Assembly (NCBI GenBank): GCA_964652095.1
Contig: CAZZAC010000002.1
Coordinates: 1 to 60,152, forward strand
DNA from: an uncultured Dehalococcoidales bacterium
GTDB lineage: Bacteria > Chloroflexota > Dehalococcoidia > GIF9 > AB-539-J10
Length of the DNA: 60,152 nucleotides
Direction of reading: 5' to 3'
Below the pieces are notes generated by a model that saw nothing but the letters and a program-made list of their open reading frames with translations, made no database searches and had not been told where the DNA came from. A program made the position numbers and the translations under genes. Below, one piece after another: positions 7,858-18,321 of the stretch. Every line of letters starts with the position of its first letter. The first letter of the stretch is position 1.

Positions 7858-9141
7858 TTATGCACCGGGATTCAGGACACGCCCGACAAAGAGAATAGCA
7901 CCCGTATCAATGTCGCGAATCAAGAAGATGAAGGGGTGGTCTATGGTGAATTCCACAGGAGGTTCAGGTACTGCTGTTAGTTTCATAATCACTGCGGTGG
8001 CAGCAGCAGCCTCGGTGCCATCTTCATCCACGGCAACGAATGCCTTGTGCAGAACGTCTGATATGAACAGCTCAGGATTACCAGTCATTCCGGAGAAATC
8101 CGCACTGCTAGAAAAGGCAATCGGCATGCCCATCCCGGCGAGGGTGTCCTTCAGGCTGAATTCCGAGTCAAATTCAAACTGGGGCATCGTCAGGGTGACA
8201 TGAGTAGGTTGCAGACTGCTTATAATGGCATCAACCTGCTGAGCCTGAAGCCCTTCTTCAAAGACCTGGAAGTTACCAGCTTCGGGCAGGAGGATAACCA
8301 TGGAAAGTTCATTGCCATCGTATTGCAGCTCAACTGCCTGGTATCCTTCCCCCTCGGTGTAGCCGAAGGCCTCCGTCTGCTTCATCATCGGCACGCTGAC
8401 CTGCCCGCCGTCAAGAAGGTAGAACGGGCCATCTGCTGTAATGTTCCCATTGAAAGGGTATTCCCAGGCAGCATTGAAGTAGATAGCATTGGTGAGCACA
8501 AGGCGGGTCAGTGCATCAAACAAGCCTTGCGAGATAAGGTCTTCAATGCGACCTTCCGTCTGGTCACTGACCCAATCATTGATGGTGACGCGGGACTTTT
8601 CCGTCTCCGTTATGAAGTCCAGTATTCTCAGCCCGGCACCATAGTTTTCGGCCAGGACATCGAGAAAGGCAGGAAGGAAGCTGTAGTCCTTTTGCCCCCA
8701 GATGGCGTTAACGATGTTCAGCCTGAATCCCTCACCGTCCTTACCTTCAGCACCTTCATCCCTGCTGGCAAGCTCTGCATCGAGCCAGTTAAATGCCGGG
8801 TGTAGCCTCTCCTGTTCAAGAATGAAGTTAAGGGTATCGGCCATCTGCTGAGCAGTTTCGCCACGCGCTCCAGAGTATGTCATCGCCAGCGCCAGGGAGA
8901 TACTATAGGGAGAGTAGAAAACATTACCCTCATTCTTCTCTTTAAGCACCTGATAAAGCTGGAAGGCGAAAGCGCTGTTTCCCTCAACCAGCAATGCTTG
9001 GTCACTCGTACTGACATCTGGTGAAGTTATCCGCCCTTGATCTGATTTGAGCACCTCGCCTGCTGCTGGTTGAGCCATTTGAATAGAGGCTACCGCCAGC
9101 AGCAACACTATGACTAATACGGTTATCAATCTCTTATTCAT
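7858..9141 (-). CDS. Serpin, secreted, paralogue 2
   Basis: Same family as 6492-7766 (EDGTEAAAATAV, DHPFIFLIRD) with an N-terminal hydrophobic signal. ATG 9141 follows TAGGAGGTG. Confidence 0.85.
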   Translation of the reverse strand: MNKRLITVLVIVLLLAVASIQMAQPAAGEVLKSDQGRITSPDVSTSDQALLVEGNSAFAFQLYQVLKEKNEGNVFYSPYSISLALAMTYSGARGETAQQMADTLNFILEQERLHPAFNWLDAELASRDEGAEGKDGEGFRLNIVNAIWGQKDYSFLPAFLDVLAENYGAGLRILDFITETEKSRVTINDWVSDQTEGRIEDLISQGLFDALTRLVLTNAIYFNAAWEYPFNGNITADGPFYLLDGGQVSVPMMKQTEAFGYTEGEGYQAVELQYDGNELSMVILLPEAGNFQVFEEGLQAQQVDAIISSLQPTHVTLTMPQFEFDSEFSLKDTLAGMGMPIAFSSSADFSGMTGNPELFISDVLHKAFVAVDEDGTEAAAATAVIMKLTAVPEPPVEFTIDHPFIFLIRDIDTGAILFVGRVLNPGA

Positions 9142-9264
9142 CTCGTTCACCTCCTATAAATATTTAGACTCTTTATTTTGCCCTTCAGTTCAAATTTGGC
9201 CATTTTATAAGCCTTTCATTTCGAGATAGGAGATTCCTCAGACGGTCCTTCGCTGCCACGGGGC

Positions 9265-11289
9265 TCATCGAGGAGGTAGCCAGAAGGAGCCAGAAGGTAT
9301 CCAGGTTGAGAATGGAAGCTCCACCTCATTGATGTAATCCAGATTCTCCAGGCTGTTCATCTTTATCTTGGCCTGCGAGATAGTGTAGAGAACATCGCCT
9401 ATGTAGAGGGACCTCTCTACTGAGAAAGGAGAGTAATAGTAGTAATAACCCTGTTCTAGGGCAGAGGGATCATCAATGTGTGTGATCCTACCTCTGAGTT
9501 GAAGCCCGTTATTTATAGATATATCAAATACGTATGCGCCTTGGTAGACAGGCTGGCCGTAAGCCCACACAAGCTCCGCCTCAGAATACTTCGTCACATC
9601 TACCTTTGCCTCCATGACAGGTATCACCATCAAGTTCCTGGACTTATCAAATAGGAATGCTTTGTGGTCCCATAAAACCGGCGAATCGGTGCCCCTGTCC
9701 CCTATTTCCAGCTTTGATATCTCCCGCGGGTTGCTGACATCGGTGACATCGAACAGCGATATCTTGACTCCCTGATACCAGGCAAATTCCCCCGCGTCCG
9801 TTGTCTCCTTACCTATCCCTATAATATGGTTCTCATCGTAAGGATGGAGGTAGTCTGAGTATCCAGTTACCTTCAGATAACCGAGAACTTCAGGGTCATA
9901 AGGGTTCTTCAAATCTATCACGAATAGTGGGTCAACCTGCTTGAAGGTTACCAGATAGCCTCTTTCGCCCATAAACCTGGCTGAATAGATGGTTTCCCCA
10001 GGAGCGAGGCCTTCCAGTGAGCCGACAATATTGAGACCCATATCCAGAATGTATACGTGGTTCCTGGTTGTTTCCCCGTATGTTGTGGTCGCCACCCTGA
10101 AGTAGTCATCATACTCGTCCATTGAGAACTGGTTGAGCACCATGCCGGGCACCTCACCACTGGCGACATACTCGATTTCATCACTTTCTATATGAATCCG
10201 GTGGATAGAACTTTTCTGGAAATCCCCCACATCCCTCCCCCACACGGGGAAGGTCAGGTAAATGTTGTTTAGAGAGACATACAGGTTACTACTGGCTCCA
10301 AGCAGGATTGTTTCATATGTTGGCTCCTGGTCATCATTCTGCGTGTTTATGGCCATAATAGTCGTGTACATGTAAAAGTAGTCGTAGACATCGCAATAGT
10401 AGATATCTGTGGCAGGTATTTCTGTCTCGTTGCCGCCAGAATGAATCTTGGGAAGGTTCAATTCATCGTCTTGTTCATACACGGGCTCATTTATCACCAC
10501 ATAAGCATAATCACCGATCATCCGTGAACTGACATATTGACCATCGGCAGAAAGCTCCCTTTGCAACCGGGGGTTTTCCCTGTCTGAGACATCATATACT
10601 TTGATAGCTATTGTTGGTGATATGTAGCCGCTGTAAGATTCCTCTACAACTGGCATATCATCATAATAGAGGTAGTAAGGCATTTCCTGTTCAAACAAGA
10701 CCAGCCTATCTCCGTTGATGAATATTCCTGCCACTGTTCCCTCTAGCTCGATTTCAGATAGGACTCGAGCTTGCTCAGGGGGGTACGCCTTCACTATGAT
10801 AGTCCTGTTCCCCGAGACGAGGTAGATATACTCTCCGTCGGTCTTAACGATATCTGCCTCATCCACCCCGGCGACCTGGATATTGGTTGTAGAGTAATCT
10901 GAGTCAGAAAACGCCAGTTTGGCGCCTTCTCCGCTTTCTGGCGCAGGTGCAGACCCAGTTATAGAAAAGTCAAAGAAGTTATTCCTCCAAAGGGACGTTT
11001 TATGTTGCGCGTTCGTCTCTATAAATCCTTTTAATTCCTCATAAGAAGCGAACCTGCTGATTTGCAGAGGCGAAGGCTCAGGCCTATACACCGCCAAAAG
11101 TCCCACAACCGCTATTAAAAGCACGGCAGTAGCGACGGGGGCTAATATTTTTGTCCAATCCCAAATAGTTCTCTTCTTAAAACGCCCGGAGTTGAGCAAA
11201 AACATTTTTAATGTTTGTTTATGGCCGGGAAGCTCGATTTCCGGAGTTTCAAGGTTTTCCAGTTTCTTAATTAGGTCCTCGTGTTTCAT
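9265..11289 (-). CDS. Membrane-anchored beta-propeller domain protein (PF09826-like), possible anti-sigma partner
   Basis: STTNIQVAGVDEADIVKTDGEYIYLVSG is characteristic of the secreted beta-propeller family. The N-terminus has about 45 cytoplasmic residues and one TM helix. The gene lies directly downstream of the ECF sigma gene. Confidence 0.7.
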   Translation of the reverse strand: MKHEDLIKKLENLETPEIELPGHKQTLKMFLLNSGRFKKRTIWDWTKILAPVATAVLLIAVVGLLAVYRPEPSPLQISRFASYEELKGFIETNAQHKTSLWRNNFFDFSITGSAPAPESGEGAKLAFSDSDYSTTNIQVAGVDEADIVKTDGEYIYLVSGNRTIIVKAYPPEQARVLSEIELEGTVAGIFINGDRLVLFEQEMPYYLYYDDMPVVEESYSGYISPTIAIKVYDVSDRENPRLQRELSADGQYVSSRMIGDYAYVVINEPVYEQDDELNLPKIHSGGNETEIPATDIYYCDVYDYFYMYTTIMAINTQNDDQEPTYETILLGASSNLYVSLNNIYLTFPVWGRDVGDFQKSSIHRIHIESDEIEYVASGEVPGMVLNQFSMDEYDDYFRVATTTYGETTRNHVYILDMGLNIVGSLEGLAPGETIYSARFMGERGYLVTFKQVDPLFVIDLKNPYDPEVLGYLKVTGYSDYLHPYDENHIIGIGKETTDAGEFAWYQGVKISLFDVTDVSNPREISKLEIGDRGTDSPVLWDHKAFLFDKSRNLMVIPVMEAKVDVTKYSEAELVWAYGQPVYQGAYVFDISINNGLQLRGRITHIDDPSALEQGYYYYYSPFSVERSLYIGDVLYTISQAKIKMNSLENLDYINEVELPFSTWIPSGSFWLPPR

Positions 11290-11381
11290 AAACTCTGTCT
11301 CCTTCTATTACTGTAAATGCACAAGGCCGAAAAAGGTTGCATTATTTAACCCGAAAGGTCGCAAGATTTTCGCGGGGTGGT

Positions 11382-11945
11382 TTATTCTGTTTCTCTTAAT
11401 TTCTCCACTGCCCGGTGGAGCAAGGACTTTATCGTTCCCTCTTTCTTCCCCAATATTTCAGCGATTTCTTTAATCTGTTTCTTCTCAAAGAATCTGAGAG
11501 CAATGACCTCCTGGTATTTGGCAGGGAGCCGAACGATTCTTTCCTGAATTTCCAGAAAATCCTGATGTTGTTTCAATTTTTCCTGCGCTTCTATTAGTTC
11601 GCTTTCGGGGTCATGGGGTGATATGGGTTCAAAACCTTGTTCCTGTAATTCCTCCAGTGATACGGATTTTTTATATTCGGCTTTTCTAAAATATTGGTTA
11701 ATCTCGTTGGTGGCGATTTTATACAGCCACGGGGAAAAAGAGATATTGCGCCAGCGAAATTGCCAGAGCTTCCTCAACGCCTTTAAAAATGCCTCTGAAG
11801 TGATATCCTGGGCAGCTTCAAGATTGGCAGTCCGCCTCAGGATATAGCCAAAGATTTTGGGATAATACTGGTCGTAAAGCTTGGCAAAAGCATCGGGGTC
11901 TTTTTGTGCTTGTCTGACGAGCTCCTTTTCTTCGCTTAAATCCAT
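11382..11945 (-). CDS. ECF-type RNA polymerase sigma-70 factor
   Basis: Region 2 (FAKLYDQYYPKIFGYILRR...AQDITSEAFLKA) and region 4 (YQEVIALRFFEKKQIKEIAEILGKKEGTIKSLLHRA) are both present. Confidence 0.85.
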   Translation of the reverse strand: MDLSEEKELVRQAQKDPDAFAKLYDQYYPKIFGYILRRTANLEAAQDITSEAFLKALRKLWQFRWRNISFSPWLYKIATNEINQYFRKAEYKKSVSLEELQEQGFEPISPHDPESELIEAQEKLKQHQDFLEIQERIVRLPAKYQEVIALRFFEKKQIKEIAEILGKKEGTIKSLLHRAVEKLRETE

Positions 11946-12376
11946 ATTAGCCGGTAAAAAACTAAGCCTGCCCCAGTAATATAGTGCACTAGTAATAATT
12001 TAGTTTCCTCAAAATCCTAGTTTATACTGTATCACTCCCCCACGCACTGTCAAGCGTTCTTTCGTTCTTTCCAGATTTTCGTCGGATTGGTAAAAAGTCA
12101 GCAAATTGAATGATAGGAACTGAGCCCCCGGTCTTATACTCAACCATAATGGCAAGCTAACAAACTGGAAGAGTCTTTACGTTTTTGGGAAAACCTACCT
12201 GTTACACACAATCCAAGCAACTGTTATCAACTGTCGGGATGAAAATCGGGCTAGCTTCTCTTCTCCTTACCAATTCCACAACCTTCTCCTAGAAAACTAC
12301 TGAAAAATCCTCCATGTCTTTTTTCGATTAGGGGTTTTTTCAGGAGTCTCATAGCAGGCCCCGCTCGTCTTGTGGT

Positions 12377-13066
12377 CTATCTCGATCCTGTATGGAGAAC
12401 TGCCAATGCCTTCGTTACAGTGGTGCCGACACATCTAACGAGGTGAGGTTGATTAGAGTCGTAATAGACGGCATCTCCAGGCTTGAGAAATTCGACGCGA
12501 TCCCCAACTTGCACTTTCATTTCGCCCTCCAGGACATAAAGAAACTCCTGTCCGGCGTGGGTGGAGAATTCTTCTTTGTCTGTTGGCACCAGCGTCACAA
12601 TAAAAGGCTCCATCAATCGGTCAGCCTTTTCCGGGGCTAGGGATTCGTAAAAGTAGCCGTACTGCATACTCTTCGTCTCTCCATAGCGAGATATTGGCCG
12701 TCGTTCATCCTTGCGCACCACGGTCATGAGCTTGTCAATTCCTGGGGAGATAAAGTAGCCCATCTTCATGTCAAGTGCTCTGCCTAGCCTAGCCAACTGC
12801 CCCAATGCAGGGATCGTTTCGCCTGACTCTGTACGTTCCAAGGTAGCTATATCAATCCCCGTTCGGCTACTGAGGTCCTTAATGGTAAGCCCTCGCATTT
12901 CTCGAACCCTTCGAATTCGATCGCCCACAGATTCTTTTTCCTCGGCCATCCCTTTCAGATGGGCGAGGTTAGCCAGGTCGGTGAGAAAATCATCATGTTT
13001 CGCCGCTTTACCCTTAGCCGAACTCAATCTGGCAGAAGTCTTGCGCTTTATTTTTTCCTTTTTCAT
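12377..13066 (-). CDS. XRE-family HTH plus cupin-domain transcriptional regulator
   Basis: IRRVREMRGLTIKDLSSRTGI matches an XRE HTH. The C-terminal HAGQEFLYVLEGEM...GDAVYYDSNQPH matches a cupin. ATG 13066 has a GAAGGG RBS. Confidence 0.75.
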   Translation of the reverse strand: MKKEKIKRKTSARLSSAKGKAAKHDDFLTDLANLAHLKGMAEEKESVGDRIRRVREMRGLTIKDLSSRTGIDIATLERTESGETIPALGQLARLGRALDMKMGYFISPGIDKLMTVVRKDERRPISRYGETKSMQYGYFYESLAPEKADRLMEPFIVTLVPTDKEEFSTHAGQEFLYVLEGEMKVQVGDRVEFLKPGDAVYYDSNQPHLVRCVGTTVTKALAVLHTGSR

Positions 13067-13079
13067 GGTGCCCTTCTTT

Positions 13080-14243
13080 CTAGATTGCCCTTCCCGACAC
13101 GCCGATGTTACGAGCAATCACGATGCGTAGTATTTCGGACGTTCCTTCGCCGATCTCAAGAATCCTCTGGTCTCGATATAATCTCTCGACTTCATAATCC
13201 TTCATCAGGCCGTACCCTCCGTGAAGTTGCACTGCGTGATGGACACAGCGGCCCATAACCTCGGAACAAAACAATTTTGCCATGGCTGCCTCTTTAGTGA
13301 TGGGACGTCCTTTTTCTCGTAGCCAGCAGACCTTGTAGAGCAGATTCCTGGCTAATTCGATCTCCAGCGCCATGTCGGCTAGCTTGAAGGCGTTGACTTG
13401 AAATGAAGCGATGGGTCGTCCAAATTGGTTACGTGAATTAGCGTATTGTAAACCCAATTCGAAAGCTGCCTGCGACCCACCCAGTCCCATGGCGGCAATG
13501 CTGAGGCGTCCGCCGTCGAGTGTGGCAAGCATTTGATGGAAGCCATCACCCCTCTTTCCCAGAAGGTTTACCTTGGGCACGACACAATCATCGAAAAAAA
13601 GTTCACCCGTGTTGGACGCCCGCCACACCATCTTGTCTTTCATCTTGTTAGCTGTGAACCCGGGGGTGCCGCTTGGAACGATAAGGCAACTGAGCTCCGG
13701 CTTGCCATCCTCACGTTTACCGGTAACAGCCTGGACAACAATGACACCGGTTAACGAGCAGGCCGAGTTGGTGATAAAAATCTTGTGCCCGTTGATAGTC
13801 CAGTAGTCCCCTTTAAGTGTTGCGGTGGTTCGAGAGCTTCCAGCGTCGGAGCCAGCATCAGGCTCCGTCAGACCAAACGCAGCTAGACACTCTCCCGAAC
13901 AGAGCCTGGGAAGCCATTCTTGTCTTTGCTTTTCATCACCGAAATAATAGATAGGACCGATTCCTAGAGAGTTTCCGGCAGCAATAGTAGCGGCCTGGGA
14001 AGCATCCACCCTGGCCAGCTCTTCAACCGCAATTGCATACGAGATGTAGCCCATATTGGATCCACCATATTTCTCTGGAACAAAACAACCCAGCAGCCCT
14101 AAGTCCGCCATTTTGCGCGTTAGCTCGGCAGAAAACTCCTCCTTTTCGTCCAGCTCTCGGGCGATCGGGGCAATCTGCCTTTCAGCGAAAGCCCGAATCG
14201 CCTGGCGCGTTAGATTCTGCTCCTCGCTCAAATCAAAATCCAT
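13080..14243 (-). CDS. Acyl-CoA dehydrogenase
   Basis: Typical ACAD sequence throughout (GLTEPDAGSD, YRDQRILEIGEGTSEI). Confidence 0.85.
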   Translation of the reverse strand: MDFDLSEEQNLTRQAIRAFAERQIAPIARELDEKEEFSAELTRKMADLGLLGCFVPEKYGGSNMGYISYAIAVEELARVDASQAATIAAGNSLGIGPIYYFGDEKQRQEWLPRLCSGECLAAFGLTEPDAGSDAGSSRTTATLKGDYWTINGHKIFITNSACSLTGVIVVQAVTGKREDGKPELSCLIVPSGTPGFTANKMKDKMVWRASNTGELFFDDCVVPKVNLLGKRGDGFHQMLATLDGGRLSIAAMGLGGSQAAFELGLQYANSRNQFGRPIASFQVNAFKLADMALEIELARNLLYKVCWLREKGRPITKEAAMAKLFCSEVMGRCVHHAVQLHGGYGLMKDYEVERLYRDQRILEIGEGTSEILRIVIARNIGVSGRAI

Positions 14244-14395
14244 GGCTCATCTCACCCAAGGGTACTTTCTGCGCAGTACACACAAGAATGGTACCTAAGA
14301 ACTCAACCCCTTTCATGAAGTGTGTCTGAGCAATGTCGCTACTAAGTCCCGTTGCTCTCAATTTTTCGGCTCCTCGCGCTTTTTATAAAAGTAGA

Positions 14396-16357
14396 TTAAG
14401 ATTTGAGTACCCCTTCTCCAATAAGCTTCTCATAGCAATCCAGGCATTGGGGATTGCACAGGGCATCCCTGTTCATGACAGGTCTGCCATGGATTATGTT
14501 TGTGACAGCGCTTTCGACCTTCTTCATGTTCGTGGTGTAAGGAATATCCGGTACCGCAATGATTCTCGCCGGGACGTGTCTTGGGGAAGCTTTCTCACGG
14601 AGATTTCTCTTGATTTTGTTCTCCAGATCTTCCGTCAGATGATATCCTTCAGCCAATTTGACAAAAAGGAGGACACGCTGGTCTCCCTTCCAGTTCTGCC
14701 CTATCGCTAAGCTATCAGCAATCTCCGGCAGCCCTTCCATTACGTTATATATTTCGGCTGTACCTATGCGAACCCCGGATGGTTTCAGTACTGAATCAGA
14801 GCGACCATAAAAAGTAGCTCCCCCAGTATCACTATGAAATACGATGTAGTCCCCATGACGCCACACACCAGGGTAAACACCAAAATAAGCCTCCCTGTAT
14901 TTCTTACCAGCCGGATCATTCCAGAAATAAAGCGGCATAGGCGGGGCAGCCGCTTCACAGACGAGTTCGCCTTGTTGGTCAAATACCGGACGACCTTTTT
15001 CATCATACGCTTTCACCTTCATACCCAAACCCGGTCCCTGCAATTCACCAGCGTATACAGGTTGAATCGGACTTCCAGTGAAAAAGCAGCCATTGATGTC
15101 TGTGCCACCTGAACTGGAATTGAAATGAAGATCTTTCTTGATTCCTTGATATACATACTCAAACCCTTCCTTCGACAGAGACGAACCGGTTTGCCATATC
15201 TCTTTTAATGATGACAAATCATAATCATTAGCTGGCTCAAAATTTTCACTCCGGAGATAGTTAATATAGCTGGCGCTGCAACCAAACATGGTGACTTTTT
15301 CATCCTGAATCAATTTCCACATAGCTCCCGGCCCGGGGTAGGCGGGATTACCATCATACAAAATAATGGTGTTACCTGTGGCTAAAGAAGTCAGCATCCA
15401 GTTCCACATCATCCAGCTACAAGTCGTGATAAAGAAGTGAACATCATCTCGCTTCAAATCGGTGTGGATTATTAATTCCTTCAGTTGATTAACCAGAATT
15501 CCGGCTGCTCCTTGAACGATGCACTTCGGCTTGCCAGTCGTCCCTGACGAAAACATGATAAACACAGGATGGTCTGCGGGCAACTGTTCAAATTGAATCT
15601 CGGGCGTCCCTCCTGATAGGAAATCGTCATAATATACAGAGTTAGGAATATGGCTAATATCGGGTTTTTCTTCCCTGTAGCGGGTCACTACCACTTTCTC
15701 AATAGAGGGTATCCCCTTTACAATTTCAGCAGCGCTGGAAAGGGAATCAAAAGCCTTCCCTTTATAGAAATAGCCATCAACGGTAAACAAAAGTTTTGGT
15801 TCGATTTGACCAAAGCGATCAATAGCTGCTCCAGAACCGATATCCGTGGCACACGAAGCCCAGACAGCACCAATACTCGTGCTGGCAAGCATCGCCACAG
15901 CTGTCTCTATCATATTAGGCATGTAGGCAGCTACCCGGTCTCCAGGCTTGAGTCCTATTCCTCGAAGAGATTCTGCCAGGCGTCCTACAGAGTTATACAG
16001 TTCAGAGTAACTCATCCTCGCTGACTTTTGAGTTTCTCCTTTGAATATGAAGGCTGTATTCTTATCCCTGTATCTCAATAGATTTTCGGCGAAATTTAGC
16101 CTAGCTCCAATAAACCATTTTGCACCGGGCATCTTAGTTACATCGTCAACCACTACTTCGTAGCCTTTCGAAGCCTTCACCCCAACAAAATCCCACACAG
16201 AAGCCCAAAAATCTGGTATCTTGTCTACGGACCAGTCATAAAGCTCCTTATAGGAATGAAAGTTCTGTTTATATCGTTTATTAACAAACTCTCTAAAACT
16301 GGTTATATTCGCATTCTTCTTTCGTTCTTCCGTCGGCTCCCAAAGTAACTTGCCCAT
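14396..16357 (-). CDS. Acetoacetate-CoA ligase (acetoacetyl-CoA synthetase-like AMP-forming enzyme)
   Basis: The N-terminal LWEPTEE...ITSFREF...YKELYDWSVDKIPDFWASVWDF is typical of acetoacetyl-CoA synthetases. The AMP-binding motif SSGTTGKPK is present. Confidence 0.75.
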   Translation of the reverse strand: MGKLLWEPTEERKKNANITSFREFVNKRYKQNFHSYKELYDWSVDKIPDFWASVWDFVGVKASKGYEVVVDDVTKMPGAKWFIGARLNFAENLLRYRDKNTAFIFKGETQKSARMSYSELYNSVGRLAESLRGIGLKPGDRVAAYMPNMIETAVAMLASTSIGAVWASCATDIGSGAAIDRFGQIEPKLLFTVDGYFYKGKAFDSLSSAAEIVKGIPSIEKVVVTRYREEKPDISHIPNSVYYDDFLSGGTPEIQFEQLPADHPVFIMFSSGTTGKPKCIVQGAAGILVNQLKELIIHTDLKRDDVHFFITTCSWMMWNWMLTSLATGNTIILYDGNPAYPGPGAMWKLIQDEKVTMFGCSASYINYLRSENFEPANDYDLSSLKEIWQTGSSLSKEGFEYVYQGIKKDLHFNSSSGGTDINGCFFTGSPIQPVYAGELQGPGLGMKVKAYDEKGRPVFDQQGELVCEAAAPPMPLYFWNDPAGKKYREAYFGVYPGVWRHGDYIVFHSDTGGATFYGRSDSVLKPSGVRIGTAEIYNVMEGLPEIADSLAIGQNWKGDQRVLLFVKLAEGYHLTEDLENKIKRNLREKASPRHVPARIIAVPDIPYTTNMKKVESAVTNIIHGRPVMNRDALCNPQCLDCYEKLIGEGVLKS

Positions 16358-16416
16358 ACTGTCTCCTCCTTGTTCCGTTAGTGTTTGTGCTAATTAGCTC
16401 GCTACCGATTACCTGC

Positions 16417-16938
16417 TTAGAACCGGGCATCCGCATCATTGACTACAGGAATCCAGTATATATCAAGAATTGTGTTGGTGAAATCTTCGGTGCGGAAGCC
16501 AGCCTTCACTTTCATGCCTATTTCGGGTGTTCCATATTTCAGATAGCCCTTGAATATAGTGCACACGCCAGGTAACTCAACGTCAACCTGGAAATAGGGT
16601 GTAGTAAGTTCTATGCCAGCGCCAGCGTACTCCACACGCGCATAGGTGTGCACTGTGCCAATTACTGGCTGGGGCAGTTCTTCCCAAGTCATGGGCTGGT
16701 TGCAGTCAGGGCAGTCAGCCCGTGGCGGAAGCCACAGCCTGTGCTCTCCACATTCAGGATTGGCGCATCTGGTGGCTAGTAATTTACCCTTCGTCAGACC
16801 TTCGAAGAACGGGGAAAGTTTCCCATAAGTATGCCTGTGGGCGAGACTCCTCGGCCACTCTATCACTAGGGCTGGTTCGGATTGAAGCACCTTTGCGGGT
16901 TTGCCAGTATACTTGGTTATCTTGCCTTTTGATGCCAC
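16417..16938 (-). CDS. Zn-ribbon/OB-fold protein (DUF35 family)
   Basis: CANPECGEHRLWLPPRADCPDCN forms a Zn ribbon followed by an OB-fold-like C-terminus. It is adjacent to an SCP-x-type thiolase, the usual partner. Confidence 0.7.
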   Translation of the reverse strand: MASKGKITKYTGKPAKVLQSEPALVIEWPRSLAHRHTYGKLSPFFEGLTKGKLLATRCANPECGEHRLWLPPRADCPDCNQPMTWEELPQPVIGTVHTYARVEYAGAGIELTTPYFQVDVELPGVCTIFKGYLKYGTPEIGMKVKAGFRTEDFTNTILDIYWIPVVNDADARF

Positions 16939-16950
16939 AGTTTTCCTCCT

Positions 16951-18321
16951 TTAAAAAGCCTTTCTGAGAATGCCTACTGTTACATGTGACCCTACACCAG
17001 CGTGAGATACCCAGAGTGACTGTTTAGCATTAGGTACCTGAAGGCTCTTCCAGTCTTCGGGCTTCTTCTTGCCAAAAAACTCCCAAATCTTGGGGTCGCC
17101 ATGGAACTTATCATACTTGCCCTGTAGTTGCCAGAGGCACTCGATTCCTTGAAAGATGCCAGTTGCTCCTACGGCATGCATGGTGCCTATCAACCCTCCC
17201 GACAGATTGGATGGACATTTACCACCAAAATAGGCATCTCCAGATTCAATGTAATCAGGTTCCTGTCCATAGGGACGGAGTCCGATGTCTCCATAAGTTT
17301 GAATGTCACTTATGGTAAATGCATCATGCAGCTCCACCAGGTCAAGCTCTTCAAGCGGGTTAGTGATGCCAGCCATTCGGTAAGCAAAATAAGCGGCAAA
17401 TCGTGCCGCAGCGAAGCTTTCAAATCCCGGCCACCGCTGCCCCTCTTTCTTGTGCAGGCCTTTATACATATCGGCGGTCTCGTGTGGCAGCAACGGGATC
17501 TCCATATCTCTACGGTCCGCTACCCTCAAGGTATGGCTCCCGCCGGCTATGAAAAGCTCGCAAGGTTTATCTGTCAACTTATAGGCAGTTTTTTCATCGC
17601 AAAGTAGCATGCAGGCGGCACCATCTGTCATGGCACAGCATTCCAAGAAACGTAACGGATAGGTTGACATTGGGCTGTTAAGGACATCTTGAATTGTGTA
17701 TTTGCCTGGTTGCTGAGAATATGGCGAGTAATAAGCGTAGAGGTGATTCTTGACTGCCACCTTGGCTCTAGTCTCCTCGGAGAGATTGTAAGCCCAGGCG
17801 AAACGGACGGCCATAGGAGCATAGTAGGCAGCATAAATGCGGGAAAGCCTGGTCTCAAAGTCTTTACAGGCTGCGTTAGCAATGTAGTAATTGCCTGTTC
17901 GCGTATCCACTTCAGACATGCGCTCCCAGCCTACGGCTAACGCCACATCAGCATATCCACTGGCTATCGCCATAGCAGCTGTCAGCACTGTGGAGCCACC
18001 GGTAGCCCCGCCAGTCTTGATACCTATATCATACATGGGGTCAAGACCGAGGTAATCAGTGACCTTGGCTTCGCACAGGAGCTGGTCTTGAAAGTGGTCG
18101 GCAAATTCGCCGCAGGCAAGAAAGTTGACTAATCCTTTGATTTCTACCGGAGAGAGCTTTAAATCGTTATTCTCTAACATCTGCCGGAATGCCACCATCA
18201 CCTGCTCTTCGAGCTTCATTTCCGGGCAGAACTTCTTATAATTTGTCAGACCCCCAGCAACAGCAAATACCTTCCTGCTCCATTTGGGAATGCGCAAATT
18301 TCCTTTCTTCAAAGTAATCAT
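16951..18321 (-). CDS. Thiolase-like (SCP-x / nonspecific lipid-transfer type) protein
   Basis: Thiolase-fold sequence (GGATGGSTVLTAAMAIASG, GGLIGTMHAVGATG). Its start overlaps the stop of the upstream TetR reading frame by 4 nt. Confidence 0.75.
   Translation of the reverse strand: MITLKKGNLRIPKWSRKVFAVAGGLTNYKKFCPEMKLEEQVMVAFRQMLENNDLKLSPVEIKGLVNFLACGEFADHFQDQLLCEAKVTDYLGLDPMYDIGIKTGGATGGSTVLTAAMAIASGYADVALAVGWERMSEVDTRTGNYYIANAACKDFETRLSRIYAAYYAPMAVRFAWAYNLSEETRAKVAVKNHLYAYYSPYSQQPGKYTIQDVLNSPMSTYPLRFLECCAMTDGAACMLLCDEKTAYKLTDKPCELFIAGGSHTLRVADRRDMEIPLLPHETADMYKGLHKKEGQRWPGFESFAAARFAAYFAYRMAGITNPLEELDLVELHDAFTISDIQTYGDIGLRPYGQEPDYIESGDAYFGGKCPSNLSGGLIGTMHAVGATGIFQGIECLWQLQGKYDKFHGDPKIWEFFGKKKPEDWKSLQVPNAKQSLWVSHAGVGSHVTVGILRKAF

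Noticed and set aside
6265-8805. Long + strand ORFs (6265-6837, 6957-7532, 7742-8203, 8200-8805) opposite the serpin genes.
   Set aside because: They are shadow ORFs antisense to strongly supported serpin CDSs. Their similarity to each other simply mirrors the serpin duplication.
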